Assembly (NCBI GenBank): GCA_002506485.1
Contig: DAXQ01000076.1
Coordinates: 1-50,965, forward strand
Origin: Euryarchaeota archaeon UBA136
GTDB taxonomy: Archaea; Thermoplasmatota; Poseidoniia; MGIII; CG-Epi1
Direction: 5' to 3'
Length of the DNA: 50,965 bases
Shown here: in pieces, positions 38,450 to 49,759 of the stretch
Position numbering within the stretch: position 1 is the stretch's first letter
Layout of the letters: the number at the start of each line of letters is the position of its first letter
Notes under the pieces: model-generated
Database searches by the model: none
What the model saw: the letters and a program-made list of their open reading frames with translations, nothing else
Told to the model about the DNA's origin: nothing
Translations under genes and position numbers: made by a program

Positions 38450-39497
38450 TTATCGTCTCCAATACCCTCTTGAAAAGAATATTTGCATCCATTGGGCCTG
38501 GTGCAGCTTCTGGATGGAACTGAACAGACCAGCAATTCTTGGATTCTATTCCTTCACAGGTCCCATCATTCAAGTTGACAAATGTTTCTTTGACCTTATT
38601 CGGCAATTTATGGAGCGCAAATCCGTGATTCTGTGAGGTTATGAAAACATTATCAGTTTTCAGTTCTTTTACGGGTTGATTTCCCCCTCTGTGCCCATAT
38701 TTCAGCTTGTACGTTTCACCACCTAGGGCTAGTCCCAGGATCTGATGGCCCAAGCATATTCCAACTACGGGTATCTCCTTCAGGATACTCTTAACCGTAT
38801 TTACTACTGGTTTCATATCTTTATGGTCAGGATCGCCCGGACCATTGCTCATGAACACCAGTTCGGGTTCTGTGGCCTTTACTTTCTCGATATCATAATT
38901 CCAGGGAACGACGGTCACCTGGCATATTTTTGCTAGATTCTTGACTATGGACTGTTTTACACCCCAATCAAACAGCGTGATTCTTGGTCCTTCAGTTCCT
39001 CTCTTATATTTTCGTTTAGTAGAGACCATTGACACCAGGTTCGAATCAGATGGCCATTCCATTTGCTTGGCTCTCTGTACTCCCTGTTTGGGTGTTATCT
39101 TTCCATCTGTGCAGATAACTGCTCTCAGAGTCCCGGCCTCCCTGGTAATAATCGTTAATTGTCTAGTATCTATTCCTTCCAATCCTGGTATTTTCTCTTC
39201 TTTTAGCCATTCATCCAGATTCATTTTTCCTTGGTGTGGACTTCGGCACCATTCTTTTACCAGACAGGCATTAACTTGTATCTTTGAGGATTCATAATAT
39301 TTAGGACTGCAACCATAATTTCCTATTTGTGGAAAGGTAAACATCAGCATCTGACCAGCATAACTGGGATCAGTAAGAGCTTCCTGATAGCCCGTCATTG
39401 AGGTGTTGAAAACGAGCTCTCCTTCAACTGTTTCCAGATAACCAAATGAGTCTCCAAAAAAAACAGAACCGTTCTCTAGAGCAATCCATCCCTGCAT
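38442..39497 (-). CDS. carA: Carbamoyl-phosphate synthase small subunit
   Basis: GELVFNTSMTGYQE..TDPSY, SNGPGDP, GICLGHQ, QNHG, QFHPEA. Confidence 0.97.
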   Translation of the reverse strand: MQGWIALENGSVFFGDSFGYLETVEGELVFNTSMTGYQEALTDPSYAGQMLMFTFPQIGNYGCSPKYYESSKIQVNACLVKEWCRSPHQGKMNLDEWLKEEKIPGLEGIDTRQLTIITREAGTLRAVICTDGKITPKQGVQRAKQMEWPSDSNLVSMVSTKRKYKRGTEGPRITLFDWGVKQSIVKNLAKICQVTVVPWNYDIEKVKATEPELVFMSNGPGDPDHKDMKPVVNTVKSILKEIPVVGICLGHQILGLALGGETYKLKYGHRGGNQPVKELKTDNVFITSQNHGFALHKLPNKVKETFVNLNDGTCEGIESKNCWSVQFHPEAAPGPMDANILFKRVLETING

Positions 39498-39537
39498 CTA
39501 GGAGGTGCCAGTCCGATGGGGGATTAAAATAAGATGG

Positions 39538-40284
39538 TTAGAGGTTATCGAGGAAGTCCTTTTCAGTGAAGTGTAATCTAGAGGGAACCACTAGGCTGTG
39601 GGGTTCTTTTCCTAGGTCTAATTTTGCCAGGTCCTTTAATTTTCCGTACCATACTTTCTGGTCTTCTCTTCCTACTCTGGCGGCCGCTGCAACTTTTATT
39701 TCTCCAGATAGTCCGGCCTCGATGATCTGCTCTGCAGCCTGAGCAGCAGTCATGTAAATTGGTTCAGTTTCAGGTTGGTCGGCCTTGATATCCAATAATA
39801 CCAATGTGTGATTCCCATTCTTCATATTGGCCTTGATTTTATCGATAGGACTGGTCGGTTTGTAGTTCCCCTCTGGAAGGACCAATGTTGCTACGGGTCC
39901 AAAGTTGTAATGTTGGAGTCCCAGGACACCTGCGACGACGGTCAGGACAGATGCATTGTGTATCACTTGATATTCAATCTTATTCTTTTTGCATTCTAAC
40001 AATAAGCTAACATGAGTGGTCGCCGAGAGCGCATCACCCACAATAAGTAACGCAATATTCTTTTCTTTTGCCAAGTCGATAATTTCGTTTGGTTCCTCTA
40101 CCTGACCTCTGGATAGATGGATAGGTTCCTTTTGTGACTTTAATTTTACCCATTCTAATGTTTCAGGATGAATTGGAGAGGTATAAGTCTCGTAGAATAT
40201 GTGGTCTGATAAACTGAGGGAGATAACTCCATCCATGGTTATAGAATTCGGACCACCTAGTCCTAGACCAATTATTGTCAGCAT
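39538..40284 (-). CDS. dph5: Diphthine synthase
   Basis: IGLGL, ETYTS, GDALSATTH, HNAS, GLQHYNFG, HTLVLLDI, PHSLVVP..LHFTE. Confidence 0.93.
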   Translation of the reverse strand: MLTIIGLGLGGPNSITMDGVISLSLSDHIFYETYTSPIHPETLEWVKLKSQKEPIHLSRGQVEEPNEIIDLAKEKNIALLIVGDALSATTHVSLLLECKKNKIEYQVIHNASVLTVVAGVLGLQHYNFGPVATLVLPEGNYKPTSPIDKIKANMKNGNHTLVLLDIKADQPETEPIYMTAAQAAEQIIEAGLSGEIKVAAAARVGREDQKVWYGKLKDLAKLDLGKEPHSLVVPSRLHFTEKDFLDNL

Positions 40285-40318
40285 GAAGTCTTATTTGAGC
40301 CTCTCTTAATTAGTTACT

Positions 40319-40735
40319 ATGGCTATATCACAAGGTTCATTGGAGATACTTACAAATCCTAAATCTTTCTTGGATATCACGAGTCAAGTTCAGGATTTTG
40401 TGGCAAAGTCAAATATTCAGAATGGTGTTTGTCATTTATTCATAAAACATACGAGTGCAAGTTTAGTTATTCAGGAGAATTATGATCCTTCTGTAAGGCA
40501 AGATTTTGAGACTATATTTTCGAATTTAGCACCTGAAGACTTTCCATATGTTCATAATATGGAAGGTAAGGATGACATGCCAGCACATATTCGTTCAGCT
40601 TTAACTAGCACTTCTGAGGCTGTTCCGGTTATGAATGGCAAGCTTTCATTGGGAACTTGGCAGGGAATATATTTGTGGGAGCACAGAGACCAATCACATA
40701 ATAGGACAATAGTGGTTACCATGGTCGGTGAATAA
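40319..40735 (+). CDS. yjbQ: YjbQ/UPF0047 family protein
   Basis: HTSASL..QEN.DP, DDMPAHIRSAL, LGTWQGIYLWEHR. Confidence 0.92.
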   Translation: MAISQGSLEILTNPKSFLDITSQVQDFVAKSNIQNGVCHLFIKHTSASLVIQENYDPSVRQDFETIFSNLAPEDFPYVHNMEGKDDMPAHIRSALTSTSEAVPVMNGKLSLGTWQGIYLWEHRDQSHNRTIVVTMVGE

Positions 40736-40801
40736 GTTTCAAAATATTTTTAAAACCTACTATGGTGTACCATACTGGCAAAGATATGACGATATGAAAT
40801 A

Positions 40802-41386
40802 ATGGAATTTAGTCAATACAAATCAAATGCAATGGGAAAATTGGAGTCTGCTCTGTCCGAAGGTCTTGTCGATGAGGGTGTTATCTCAGTATTGAATTCT
40901 CTTAATTCCCATCCTGATATTTTTACCACATCTAGTTGTGCAGGTCGAATTCAATTGATAGTACTTCCAGATATTGGTCGCAAGGATTCCGTTGAATTGA
41001 GGAAAACATGGCACAGACCAGTTGAATTTGAAGAAGTTAAGGAAGCCCTCGACAATTTAGATATTCCACCAAATTCTATTGTCATTCTTCAAGGTCAGTC
41101 ACCTATTTTCCACGTAGCTTGTAGAACTATGGAATTAGCACAAAAATTTAGAGGAATAGTTCACAGTCAAGGTTGGAAATATTCTTCATTGATAACAGGA
41201 AATGAGGACAAATGGGTGGTCGAGATTCTTTCAGCCAATAGAATCGATAACTTGCTTTATCGTGATGGAGTTATTGCCAAACCTAGTGATGAACGTCTTA
41301 AATTCATAATTGAGGAATCAAACAAGATACTTGTCAAAGCTCAGTCTAGATTGGAAGCTTTAGAATATATACCATCAGGTTTGTAG
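40802..41386 (+). CDS. taw3: tRNA wyosine-derivative methyltransferase Taw3/TYW3
   Basis: VD..V, TTSSCAGRI, KTWH, PIFHV. Confidence 0.88.
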   Translation: MEFSQYKSNAMGKLESALSEGLVDEGVISVLNSLNSHPDIFTTSSCAGRIQLIVLPDIGRKDSVELRKTWHRPVEFEEVKEALDNLDIPPNSIVILQGQSPIFHVACRTMELAQKFRGIVHSQGWKYSSLITGNEDKWVVEILSANRIDNLLYRDGVIAKPSDERLKFIIEESNKILVKAQSRLEALEYIPSGL

Positions 41387-41392
41387 CATAAC

Positions 41393-42418
41393 ATGAAGGC
41401 CCTCTACTTCGAAGAACATGGTGAAAGGGACGTATTACAATACGGAGATTTACCTGATTTGCAAAACAAAGAGGGTCATGTATTGATCAAAGTGGAAGCC
41501 TGTGCTTTGAATCATTTAGATATATGGAGTCGCAAAGGTTGGCCAGGTCTTAATCTTGAAATGCCTCATATTGGAGGTAGTGATGTTTCAGGAACTGTTG
41601 TAGAAGGTAATGGTAATTGGAAAGAAGGAGATAAGGTCGTAGTAGACCCCGGTATCTCTACGAAACAGGATTCTTGGACCGAGAAAGGATTGGATAGCAT
41701 GAGTCCAGGTTATCGGATTCTTGGTGAGCATATTAGTGGCGGATGTGCAGAATATGTATCAGTACCTGCAGAGAACATTCACAAGCGTCCAGAGGGTATG
41801 ACTGCTAGTCAGGCTGCTGCACCCCTTCTTGTGGGTTTAACGGCCTATAGAATGCTTGTAATCAGGGCTAGTATACAGAAAGGCGATAATGTTCTGGTAA
41901 TGGGTTCCGGTGGTGGTGTCAATTCATTATCAATCCAGATTGCCAAACACTTTGGGGCAGATGTCCATGTTGTTGCTGGAGGTTCTGAAAAGAAAGCTAA
42001 AGCGGAAGATTTGGGTGCTTCTTTTGTAGTAGATTACAAAGCCAATCCCAACTGGCATAAGGAATTGTTTCCAGCTATTGGTAGAAAGGGCTATGATATC
42101 GTTGTTGATAATGTAGGTAAGCCTACTTGGTCAAGATCAATTAAATTAGCTGGAATAGGCGGTCGGATTGTCACAGTGGGCAATACCAAAGGGCCAATCG
42201 CCGAAACAGACATCCGCTATATTTTTTCGAAACAATTATCTATTCTTGGATCTACTATGGGTTCCCATTCAGATTTTGCTGAATTATTGAAATTACTGGA
42301 ATCTGGTTCAATAAAACCCGTTATTGATTGTGAGATTCCTCTTTCTGATGGTGCAAAAGGTCACCAAATCTTAGAAGAAGGAACTATGTTTGGTAAAGTT
42401 GTTATTGTTCCAGACTAG
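41393..42418 (+). CDS. MDR-family NAD(P)H oxidoreductase (quinone-reductase-like)
   Basis: ALNHLD, PHIGGSD.SG.V, GSGGGV nucleotide-binding loop, ILGSTMG, FGKVV. Confidence 0.88.
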   Translation: MKALYFEEHGERDVLQYGDLPDLQNKEGHVLIKVEACALNHLDIWSRKGWPGLNLEMPHIGGSDVSGTVVEGNGNWKEGDKVVVDPGISTKQDSWTEKGLDSMSPGYRILGEHISGGCAEYVSVPAENIHKRPEGMTASQAAAPLLVGLTAYRMLVIRASIQKGDNVLVMGSGGGVNSLSIQIAKHFGADVHVVAGGSEKKAKAEDLGASFVVDYKANPNWHKELFPAIGRKGYDIVVDNVGKPTWSRSIKLAGIGGRIVTVGNTKGPIAETDIRYIFSKQLSILGSTMGSHSDFAELLKLLESGSIKPVIDCEIPLSDGAKGHQILEEGTMFGKVVIVPD

Positions 42419-42427
42419 GAGAATTGT

Positions 42428-43273
42428 TCAATTTTTTCTCAATGTAGCAATGATATGGCTTGTACTGGGACCATAAAATTTTACTCTTTCAAATTTTTCT
42501 ACAACAAAACCCTTTATTTTCATCAAATCGGAAAATTTGGTTGGAATACTTCCCCAGTCACTCCTACTTTTGAATCCCAGCCAATTATTCCGGTATGCTT
42601 CATGGAATACAGCTATTCCGTTTTCATTCAGACAACTGTGGGTGTGCTCTAGAAAATCAATAGTATTCCCGATATATCCTAAGTGAATAACGTCAGCTTT
42701 CAATTTCACATTTCTGCAATCATCATTTATAATCTCTACATTTTCAATATTATTCTCTTTGACATTTGTGGTAAGATATTCTATGGCTTTTGGGTTTTTA
42801 TCAATAGCTATAATCTTTGCTTTGGGATATCCTCTAGCCATTTGTAAAGCAAAATAGCCTATTCCTGCAAAATAATCGATGATTGTTCTCGGTTTATCAA
42901 ATGAATAAAAGTCAATGACTTTTTCAGGTCCGGCTAGGGCAGATCTCCATCCTGTATTTCCTGGCGACCACATAATCTCACTGAGATCCAATCTATATTT
43001 TATTCCATATTCGGAAATCTCTGTAATGGTCTTAGTTCCGTACAACAGGTCGACTTTTTCTGGCTTTCTTAACTCACCACTAACTTTTCTTTTTTGAATT
43101 ACAGTCTTGACATTTAATTCATCAGCATAAATTTCTGCGATTCCCCTTTTTTTATCATCAGCTAGGTTTTCAAGATCAATTATCAATACATTCCCAATCC
43201 TTTTCCATTTCGTGGGTAATTTGTCGTGTAAGTCAGAATTCACTCTTAGCTTGATATTTTCAAGAGGTTTCAT
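42428..43273 (-). CDS. taw2: Taw2/TYW2-like (Met-10+/Trm5 family) tRNA-Phe aminocarboxypropyltransferase
   Basis: GELRKP, E.GIKY.LD...MWSPGN, DYFAGIGYF, ADVIHLGY, HE, VK.YGP..SH. Confidence 0.75.
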   Translation of the reverse strand: MKPLENIKLRVNSDLHDKLPTKWKRIGNVLIIDLENLADDKKRGIAEIYADELNVKTVIQKRKVSGELRKPEKVDLLYGTKTITEISEYGIKYRLDLSEIMWSPGNTGWRSALAGPEKVIDFYSFDKPRTIIDYFAGIGYFALQMARGYPKAKIIAIDKNPKAIEYLTTNVKENNIENVEIINDDCRNVKLKADVIHLGYIGNTIDFLEHTHSCLNENGIAVFHEAYRNNWLGFKSRSDWGSIPTKFSDLMKIKGFVVEKFERVKFYGPSTSHIIATLRKN

Positions 43274-44133
43274 TTTTCAGCTAGTTTTCTGAGAACTGCT
43301 ATTTCAGGTTTCCACATTTCTGGACCTCCTGGTGTTTCAAGATAGCCAGCTAGATGTTCCAGTCTTTTTTCCTGCATGAAATTTTTGAAAGTCTCTTTTC
43401 CTAATTTTCCCATTCCAATATTGTCATGTCGGTCGACTCTTGATCCCAGATCACTTTTGGAGTCATTGAGATGAAGTGCTACCAGATATTCCATACCTAC
43501 GATACTCTCAAAGTCATCCCATATCTGATTAAAGTCATTTCTCCAATCATACCCTGAAGCCCATGCGTGCTGTGTATCAATACAAACTCCAACTCTTTTC
43601 TTGTCATCAATATAGTCTATAATATGTTTAATCTCCTCGAATCTTATCCCTACATTTGTACCTTGTCCTGCAGCATTCTCAATCACCAATTTTGATTCAT
43701 AGCCTTTTGTTTCTTTAAGAGTTCGATTCATATGGTGTGCAATTCGTTCCAATGCATTATATCTCGTTGGTTTATCGTCCCTCATATCTTTCTTTGGATG
43801 GGTATGAGACCCAGGGTGGAAATTGAGATAGGCAACACCGAGCGCTTCGCAGCGGTGATATTCTTCTAAGAATGCAACTTGAGCTCTTTTGCCTTTGGTT
43901 TCATCTGGACTTCCCATGTTTATCAAATATGAATCGTGTATCATAAGAGGGCCAAGATCGGTTTGAGATAATGGTTTTTTGAATCCTTCTATTTGTTCTT
44001 CAGTTAGTGGTTTTGCTATCCATTGTCTTTGATTTTTGCTGAACATCTGAAATGTATCAGCTTCTATTTCCAAGGCCCAGGGAATTGCGTTCTGAAGTCC
44101 CCCTGCAACACTTACGTGAGCTCCTAGTCTCAT
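43270..44133 (-). CDS. nfo: Endonuclease IV
   Basis: GAHVS.AGG, HDSYLIN, FHPGS, ENAAGQG, CIDTQH, HLNDSK, DRH, ETP. Confidence 0.95.
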   Translation of the reverse strand: MRLGAHVSVAGGLQNAIPWALEIEADTFQMFSKNQRQWIAKPLTEEQIEGFKKPLSQTDLGPLMIHDSYLINMGSPDETKGKRAQVAFLEEYHRCEALGVAYLNFHPGSHTHPKKDMRDDKPTRYNALERIAHHMNRTLKETKGYESKLVIENAAGQGTNVGIRFEEIKHIIDYIDDKKRVGVCIDTQHAWASGYDWRNDFNQIWDDFESIVGMEYLVALHLNDSKSDLGSRVDRHDNIGMGKLGKETFKNFMQEKRLEHLAGYLETPGGPEMWKPEIAVLRKLAEK

Positions 44134-44183
44134 TGTTTTACTGATTCAAGGCTACCTTAATAATAACTATTCGATAAGAGCCT

Positions 44184-44981
44184 GTGAAATTTTCCGTAGT
44201 AGCTAATACTGGCCATTCAGGAATCAAGAAAATACTGACCAAGGTAATTGGTTTTCTGGATGATTTTGAACTTGAGGAGGAGACTGCTAAAGTCGTAAAT
44301 CTGAAGGGGGCGCCTCTTAGTGAATTACAGGGAGACATGGTGATTTCTCTGGGAGGCGATGGAACTTTATTGTACATTTTATCAAAAGTAAACAAGCCTA
44401 TCTTTGGAATTAACTGTGGAGGTGTTGGGTTTCTGACTGAAATGGAGCATAGCGAAGATATTTTCACGGCAATTAAAAATTTGGAAAAAGGCGAGTTTCT
44501 AAATCAGAAATTACAGCGAATTGATACCTACATCAATGAACATCTTGTTGGCTCAGCCCTTAATGAAGTCGTGTTGCATACATCCCGTGTAGCTAAAATA
44601 CAAGGATTCGAGATCCATATTGATGGCGTTCTGGCTGACAGTTTCAGAGGCGATGGCTTGATAATTTCAACGCCTACAGGGTCTACGAGCTACGCAATGT
44701 CCTTGGGTGCTCCGATATTGTACCCAACTATGGAAGCTCATATTATTGTCCCCATTGCCGCTTATAGAATCGGTGCCCGGCCTTTGGTTATTCCATCCAA
44801 TTACGAGATAACAGCAAAATTGGCTGGCAATCCTGAGGCAGTTATGGTCTTGGATGGTCAAGAGGAGATATTGATTACAATCGATGACATTATAAAGTTC
44901 AAAAAGGCATCTAAACCTGTTGAACTAATAAGATTTAAGGATAATTTCTTTGAAAAAGTAAGGAACAAATTAAGGTTGTAG
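44184..44981 (+). CDS. nadK: NAD kinase
   Basis: GGDGT, GIN.G..GFL, ALNE, DGLIISTPTGSTSY.MS.G. Confidence 0.95.
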   Translation: MKFSVVANTGHSGIKKILTKVIGFLDDFELEEETAKVVNLKGAPLSELQGDMVISLGGDGTLLYILSKVNKPIFGINCGGVGFLTEMEHSEDIFTAIKNLEKGEFLNQKLQRIDTYINEHLVGSALNEVVLHTSRVAKIQGFEIHIDGVLADSFRGDGLIISTPTGSTSYAMSLGAPILYPTMEAHIIVPIAAYRIGARPLVIPSNYEITAKLAGNPEAVMVLDGQEEILITIDDIIKFKKASKPVELIRFKDNFFEKVRNKLRL

Positions 44982-44986
44982 AAAAC

Positions 44987-46465
44987 GTGAAAAAACGAAA
45001 AACTCGATTGAGAGGTACCAAGACAGCTGCCAAGTCCGAGCAGAAGAAATTAAGGAATCGACTTGACAAAATCAAGGAGCGCCCGGAGTTATTGCTGCCC
45101 CGGACCAAAGAAGGCACAACCGCCCATACCATCTATGCGAAAGTGCTGAAGGATTTGGAATTGGCCAAGGATCAATATCTGAATCCACCCAGTTTCTTTT
45201 CAGGTATTCTTGGTCCTAAACCAAGGGATACCATGGCCAAGGCTTACGCTGCTTCTCTTACGATCCTGGATTCTGGGGCTCCAGTCATGGCCATTGCCCG
45301 GTTTCCCCATGGAGAGGTAAATTATGTGATGCGTGGGTCTGGTATTTCCAAAGAAAAATTGATTGGAATCCAGAATTATCATAATAGATTATGGTCTCGT
45401 TTCGCACATCTAGACTATGTTAAAAAATACAAACTGTATATTTATGCTCTCGAGAAAGGTCTGATCTGTAGCGGTACTGATCCGCAATATCCTCCACAGT
45501 TATGGAATGAGGCATGTTCTTCTTTAAATTTGAAGGAATCAAAGGAGACACAGTTTGGAGTGAATGTATTTTGTGGTTCTATTCAGAAATCTGTTACGAT
45601 TCCCTACAAGAGACTCTTGAAATCAAAGGGGAACAGTTATAGTCATTTCCTGAAACACCAGATAGCCTTTGACCAAGACGCTGATTTTATTCTTTCAGTC
45701 AAGACTCCCTTATCTGACTTGATCTCCGATATTCCTATGAATATCTTTGATGATTATATGAAGGGAATACAGGGAGATTCCGATTTATGGGAATCAGTCA
45801 TGAACTTTCAGAAAAAGAAGATAATGGATTTAGATGAGCAAGTTTTTATCATTTCCAATAATCCAATTTCCAGAGAGAAATTAATCAAGAAAATAGGCCA
45901 CAATAAGATTGATGAAGCCATTATAGCCGATATCTTGGTTGATTATACAGAATCAATAATATTGGATAATATCACCTTATCCAGTTTCACTGAATACACT
46001 TGGGAAGCTGTAGGGCAGGATATTGCAGAAAAATTCAAACCCAATTCCTCTAGACATTACAATGGTGAAAATTCGCTTGAAATCTTGAGGAATTTATACA
46101 ATCGTATTGTTAAAGACAGCCTGACAAGTGAATATCCCAAATTCAGATCCTTGGCTGAACCCTTGCAGTTATTGGATAAAGTAGTCAGATTACTTAAATC
46201 TGGAGACAAAAATAGAGCTGTTAAGGAAATGGAAAGTTCATCATCTAATAATAATATGACTAAATCATTGTCATGGTCAGTTTTGATGTGTCTTAATGCT
46301 ACTTCAAGCAGGGCCTGGAAATACAGTAAAGAAGAGCAAGCCCTTGGTGAAACCTTGAAATCTTTTGTTCAAAGTCTAATTGATAGTAAACCATCTGAAT
46401 ATTTGGGAACATTAGAGGATATTTCAACCAGAATAGGGCTTGGAAATAAATTGGAAGTTATTTAA
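44987..46465 (+). CDS. Hypothetical soluble protein (492 aa, basic N-terminus)
   Basis: Long ORF 5 nt after nadK; no motif recognised. Confidence 0.8.
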   Translation: MKKRKTRLRGTKTAAKSEQKKLRNRLDKIKERPELLLPRTKEGTTAHTIYAKVLKDLELAKDQYLNPPSFFSGILGPKPRDTMAKAYAASLTILDSGAPVMAIARFPHGEVNYVMRGSGISKEKLIGIQNYHNRLWSRFAHLDYVKKYKLYIYALEKGLICSGTDPQYPPQLWNEACSSLNLKESKETQFGVNVFCGSIQKSVTIPYKRLLKSKGNSYSHFLKHQIAFDQDADFILSVKTPLSDLISDIPMNIFDDYMKGIQGDSDLWESVMNFQKKKIMDLDEQVFIISNNPISREKLIKKIGHNKIDEAIIADILVDYTESIILDNITLSSFTEYTWEAVGQDIAEKFKPNSSRHYNGENSLEILRNLYNRIVKDSLTSEYPKFRSLAEPLQLLDKVVRLLKSGDKNRAVKEMESSSSNNNMTKSLSWSVLMCLNATSSRAWKYSKEEQALGETLKSFVQSLIDSKPSEYLGTLEDISTRIGLGNKLEVI

Positions 46466-46489
46466 AACAGTCCTAGATGGAGAAAATCC

Positions 46490-46566
46490 GGGTCCGTGGT
46501 CTAGTTGGTTATGACGTCGCCTTGACATGGCGGAGATCCCCGGTTCGAATCCGGGCGGACCCACCA
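46490..46566 (+). tRNA. tRNA-Val (GAC), CCA encoded
   Basis: Acceptor GGGTCCG/CGGACCC; anticodon arm TCGCC-TTGACAT-GGCGG; CCCGG-TTCGAAT-CCGGG; TATTTAAA about 24 nt upstream. Confidence 0.96.
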
Positions 46567-46592
46567 ATTCACAGCTCTAGGGATACTTGAAT

Positions 46593-47876
<1,284 letters not shown>

Positions 47877-47880
47877 ATTT

Positions 47881-48999
47881 CTAGTTTATCGGATACCTCA
47901 GCATTGCCGCTAGCCCTCCAAAAGCCTTCTGTAATGATTTTCCCTCTTCACTATCGGTTGAGATAATAGAGACCTCAGCCTTACTATTCTCTGCTAGTTC
48001 TCCCAATCTTTTTACAGTACCTTCTTCTATATTGGGCATTTTTTCCAAACCTTCGGAAATTAATAATAGATCAACTGCTCCCATTTCCAAGGCGGTATCA
48101 ACCTGCTTGATTCCATATGTCGCCAAAGTTCCTTTTGGAGACAATACTTCCTTCATGAATCGTTCCATGATGATTTTTTCTTTAATTAACTGAATTTCAG
48201 ATAATCGGTTCGCCCCTCTGGTTACTAATTCTCTAAGTCCGGTTTCATCAGTATATCCTGTATCAAAAGTATCGATTACAATCTTATTTAATTCATGGTT
48301 AAGATAATCTTTACTTAGAAAATAATCTTTTGTTGCCCCAGGTCCTCCTATTAAGATACCTTCTAGATCACTTCCAAGAAAACATTCTGTTGCCGATCTT
48401 CCAATCTTTTTGTACCATTCATGGGCTGCTTCCTCAATTAAACGCTCAAATCTTCTTTTGGATTGCCCTCCCTTTCCATGTTTGGATGGGACTTGTGAGA
48501 ACATGTGTTTTAGTGTAGTGATGGTTGCCCCTTTCAGCATTCCCAATGTAGATTCAGATCTATCTATAACAATCAGGCCGAATTGGGTTTTTGTTTCACC
48601 CAGAGCATCTAGAGGTTCGAGGAAAAAACCGGAATCACATCTATAGAGGAAAGCTGGCACAGGTTCTGGAGGGACCACTACTTCTTGAATCATCGTTGTC
48701 TGGTTTCCTCCTTTTGCTACATGACCTACAAAGAAAACAAATCCATTTTCAGGAGGATTCTTGTACATTTTAAGACGTGACATTATAGATTCTATTGCTG
48801 CACTTACATTCTTCCTAGTTGATTTTGATTTAATATTTGCAGACTGTGAGGCTTCATTACGAAGGTATGACTGAACCTCATGAATTTTACGATCTGGTGG
48901 GATGTAAAGGCTGACAAGTTCTGTAGCATGTCCTCTATGATTCTTGATTCGTTCAAGGGATTGCTTGAATTCATATTTCTGTAAGGATTCAGAACTCAT
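47881..48999 (-). CDS. prf1: Peptide chain release factor aRF1
   Basis: TELVSLYIPP, NIKS, YRCD, KH.KGGQS..RFER, AFGG.AA.LRY. Confidence 0.96.
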   Translation of the reverse strand: MSSESLQKYEFKQSLERIKNHRGHATELVSLYIPPDRKIHEVQSYLRNEASQSANIKSKSTRKNVSAAIESIMSRLKMYKNPPENGFVFFVGHVAKGGNQTTMIQEVVVPPEPVPAFLYRCDSGFFLEPLDALGETKTQFGLIVIDRSESTLGMLKGATITTLKHMFSQVPSKHGKGGQSKRRFERLIEEAAHEWYKKIGRSATECFLGSDLEGILIGGPGATKDYFLSKDYLNHELNKIVIDTFDTGYTDETGLRELVTRGANRLSEIQLIKEKIIMERFMKEVLSPKGTLATYGIKQVDTALEMGAVDLLLISEGLEKMPNIEEGTVKRLGELAENSKAEVSIISTDSEEGKSLQKAFGGLAAMLRYPIN

Positions 49000-49051
49000 T
49001 ATTTTTGGTAACAGGGGACCTTTTTATGATATTACTTGCACTTTATGCAGA

Positions 49052-49759
49052 TTAATTCGTGGTTACGACTCCACTTGTATCATAGTCTAAATCTACCACA
49101 TAATAGAAATATATGGGATCAGCAGTTGAGCCTGTTGGTGAATTAGGTCCGAATAGGTCTCTTCCCGTTTCTTCTCCACCTATATTTGTCCCATAACCTC
49201 TATCAACTACAAAAAAATAGGTATCCGAGTGGAGTGTAATCCCCACTTTATATTTGGACGTTTCTCCTGAACCTAATGGAGATTCTAAATCAGATAAGTA
49301 AAAATTGCTAAATCCATAGGTTTCCCCATTTACAAAGTTTTTGTAATTTTCATGGTTTAGTATCATGGCTCTGCCCGATCCTACTGTTTGGCCATTCGTA
49401 AAGGATGAAACCCACCACCCTAAATCTACAACGCCATTAATATATCCTAATTCACAAGCAAAAAATGAGTTGGAATGTACTACGGCACGTTCCGTTTCAT
49501 CATAGCTCACTTGTTCCCTAATATTTTCTACAATTGAGTTTGTTATACTATCCTTATCATTACAATAGTCCAATCCAAAATCTCCAGTGAAGCCATTATT
49601 TCCTGCAAATCCACCGGTCGTAATCAGCAAGAAGAGAATAGCAACAGGTATTACATAATCGTCATTTATGGTACCCATATCTACACCCAATAGCCCGTAA
49701 TAGAGTGCTATGGATAGTATCAATACTAAAAATATTACAAGTAATACAGACATCTCCAT
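49052..49759 (-). CDS. Hypothetical membrane-anchored protein with an external beta-rich domain
   Basis: Two N-terminal hydrophobic segments followed by a G/S/T/Y/N-rich domain; GAGGA upstream. Confidence 0.7.
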   Translation of the reverse strand: MEMSVLLVIFLVLILSIALYYGLLGVDMGTINDDYVIPVAILFLLITTGGFAGNNGFTGDFGLDYCNDKDSITNSIVENIREQVSYDETERAVVHSNSFFACELGYINGVVDLGWWVSSFTNGQTVGSGRAMILNHENYKNFVNGETYGFSNFYLSDLESPLGSGETSKYKVGITLHSDTYFFVVDRGYGTNIGGEETGRDLFGPNSPTGSTADPIYFYYVVDLDYDTSGVVTTN

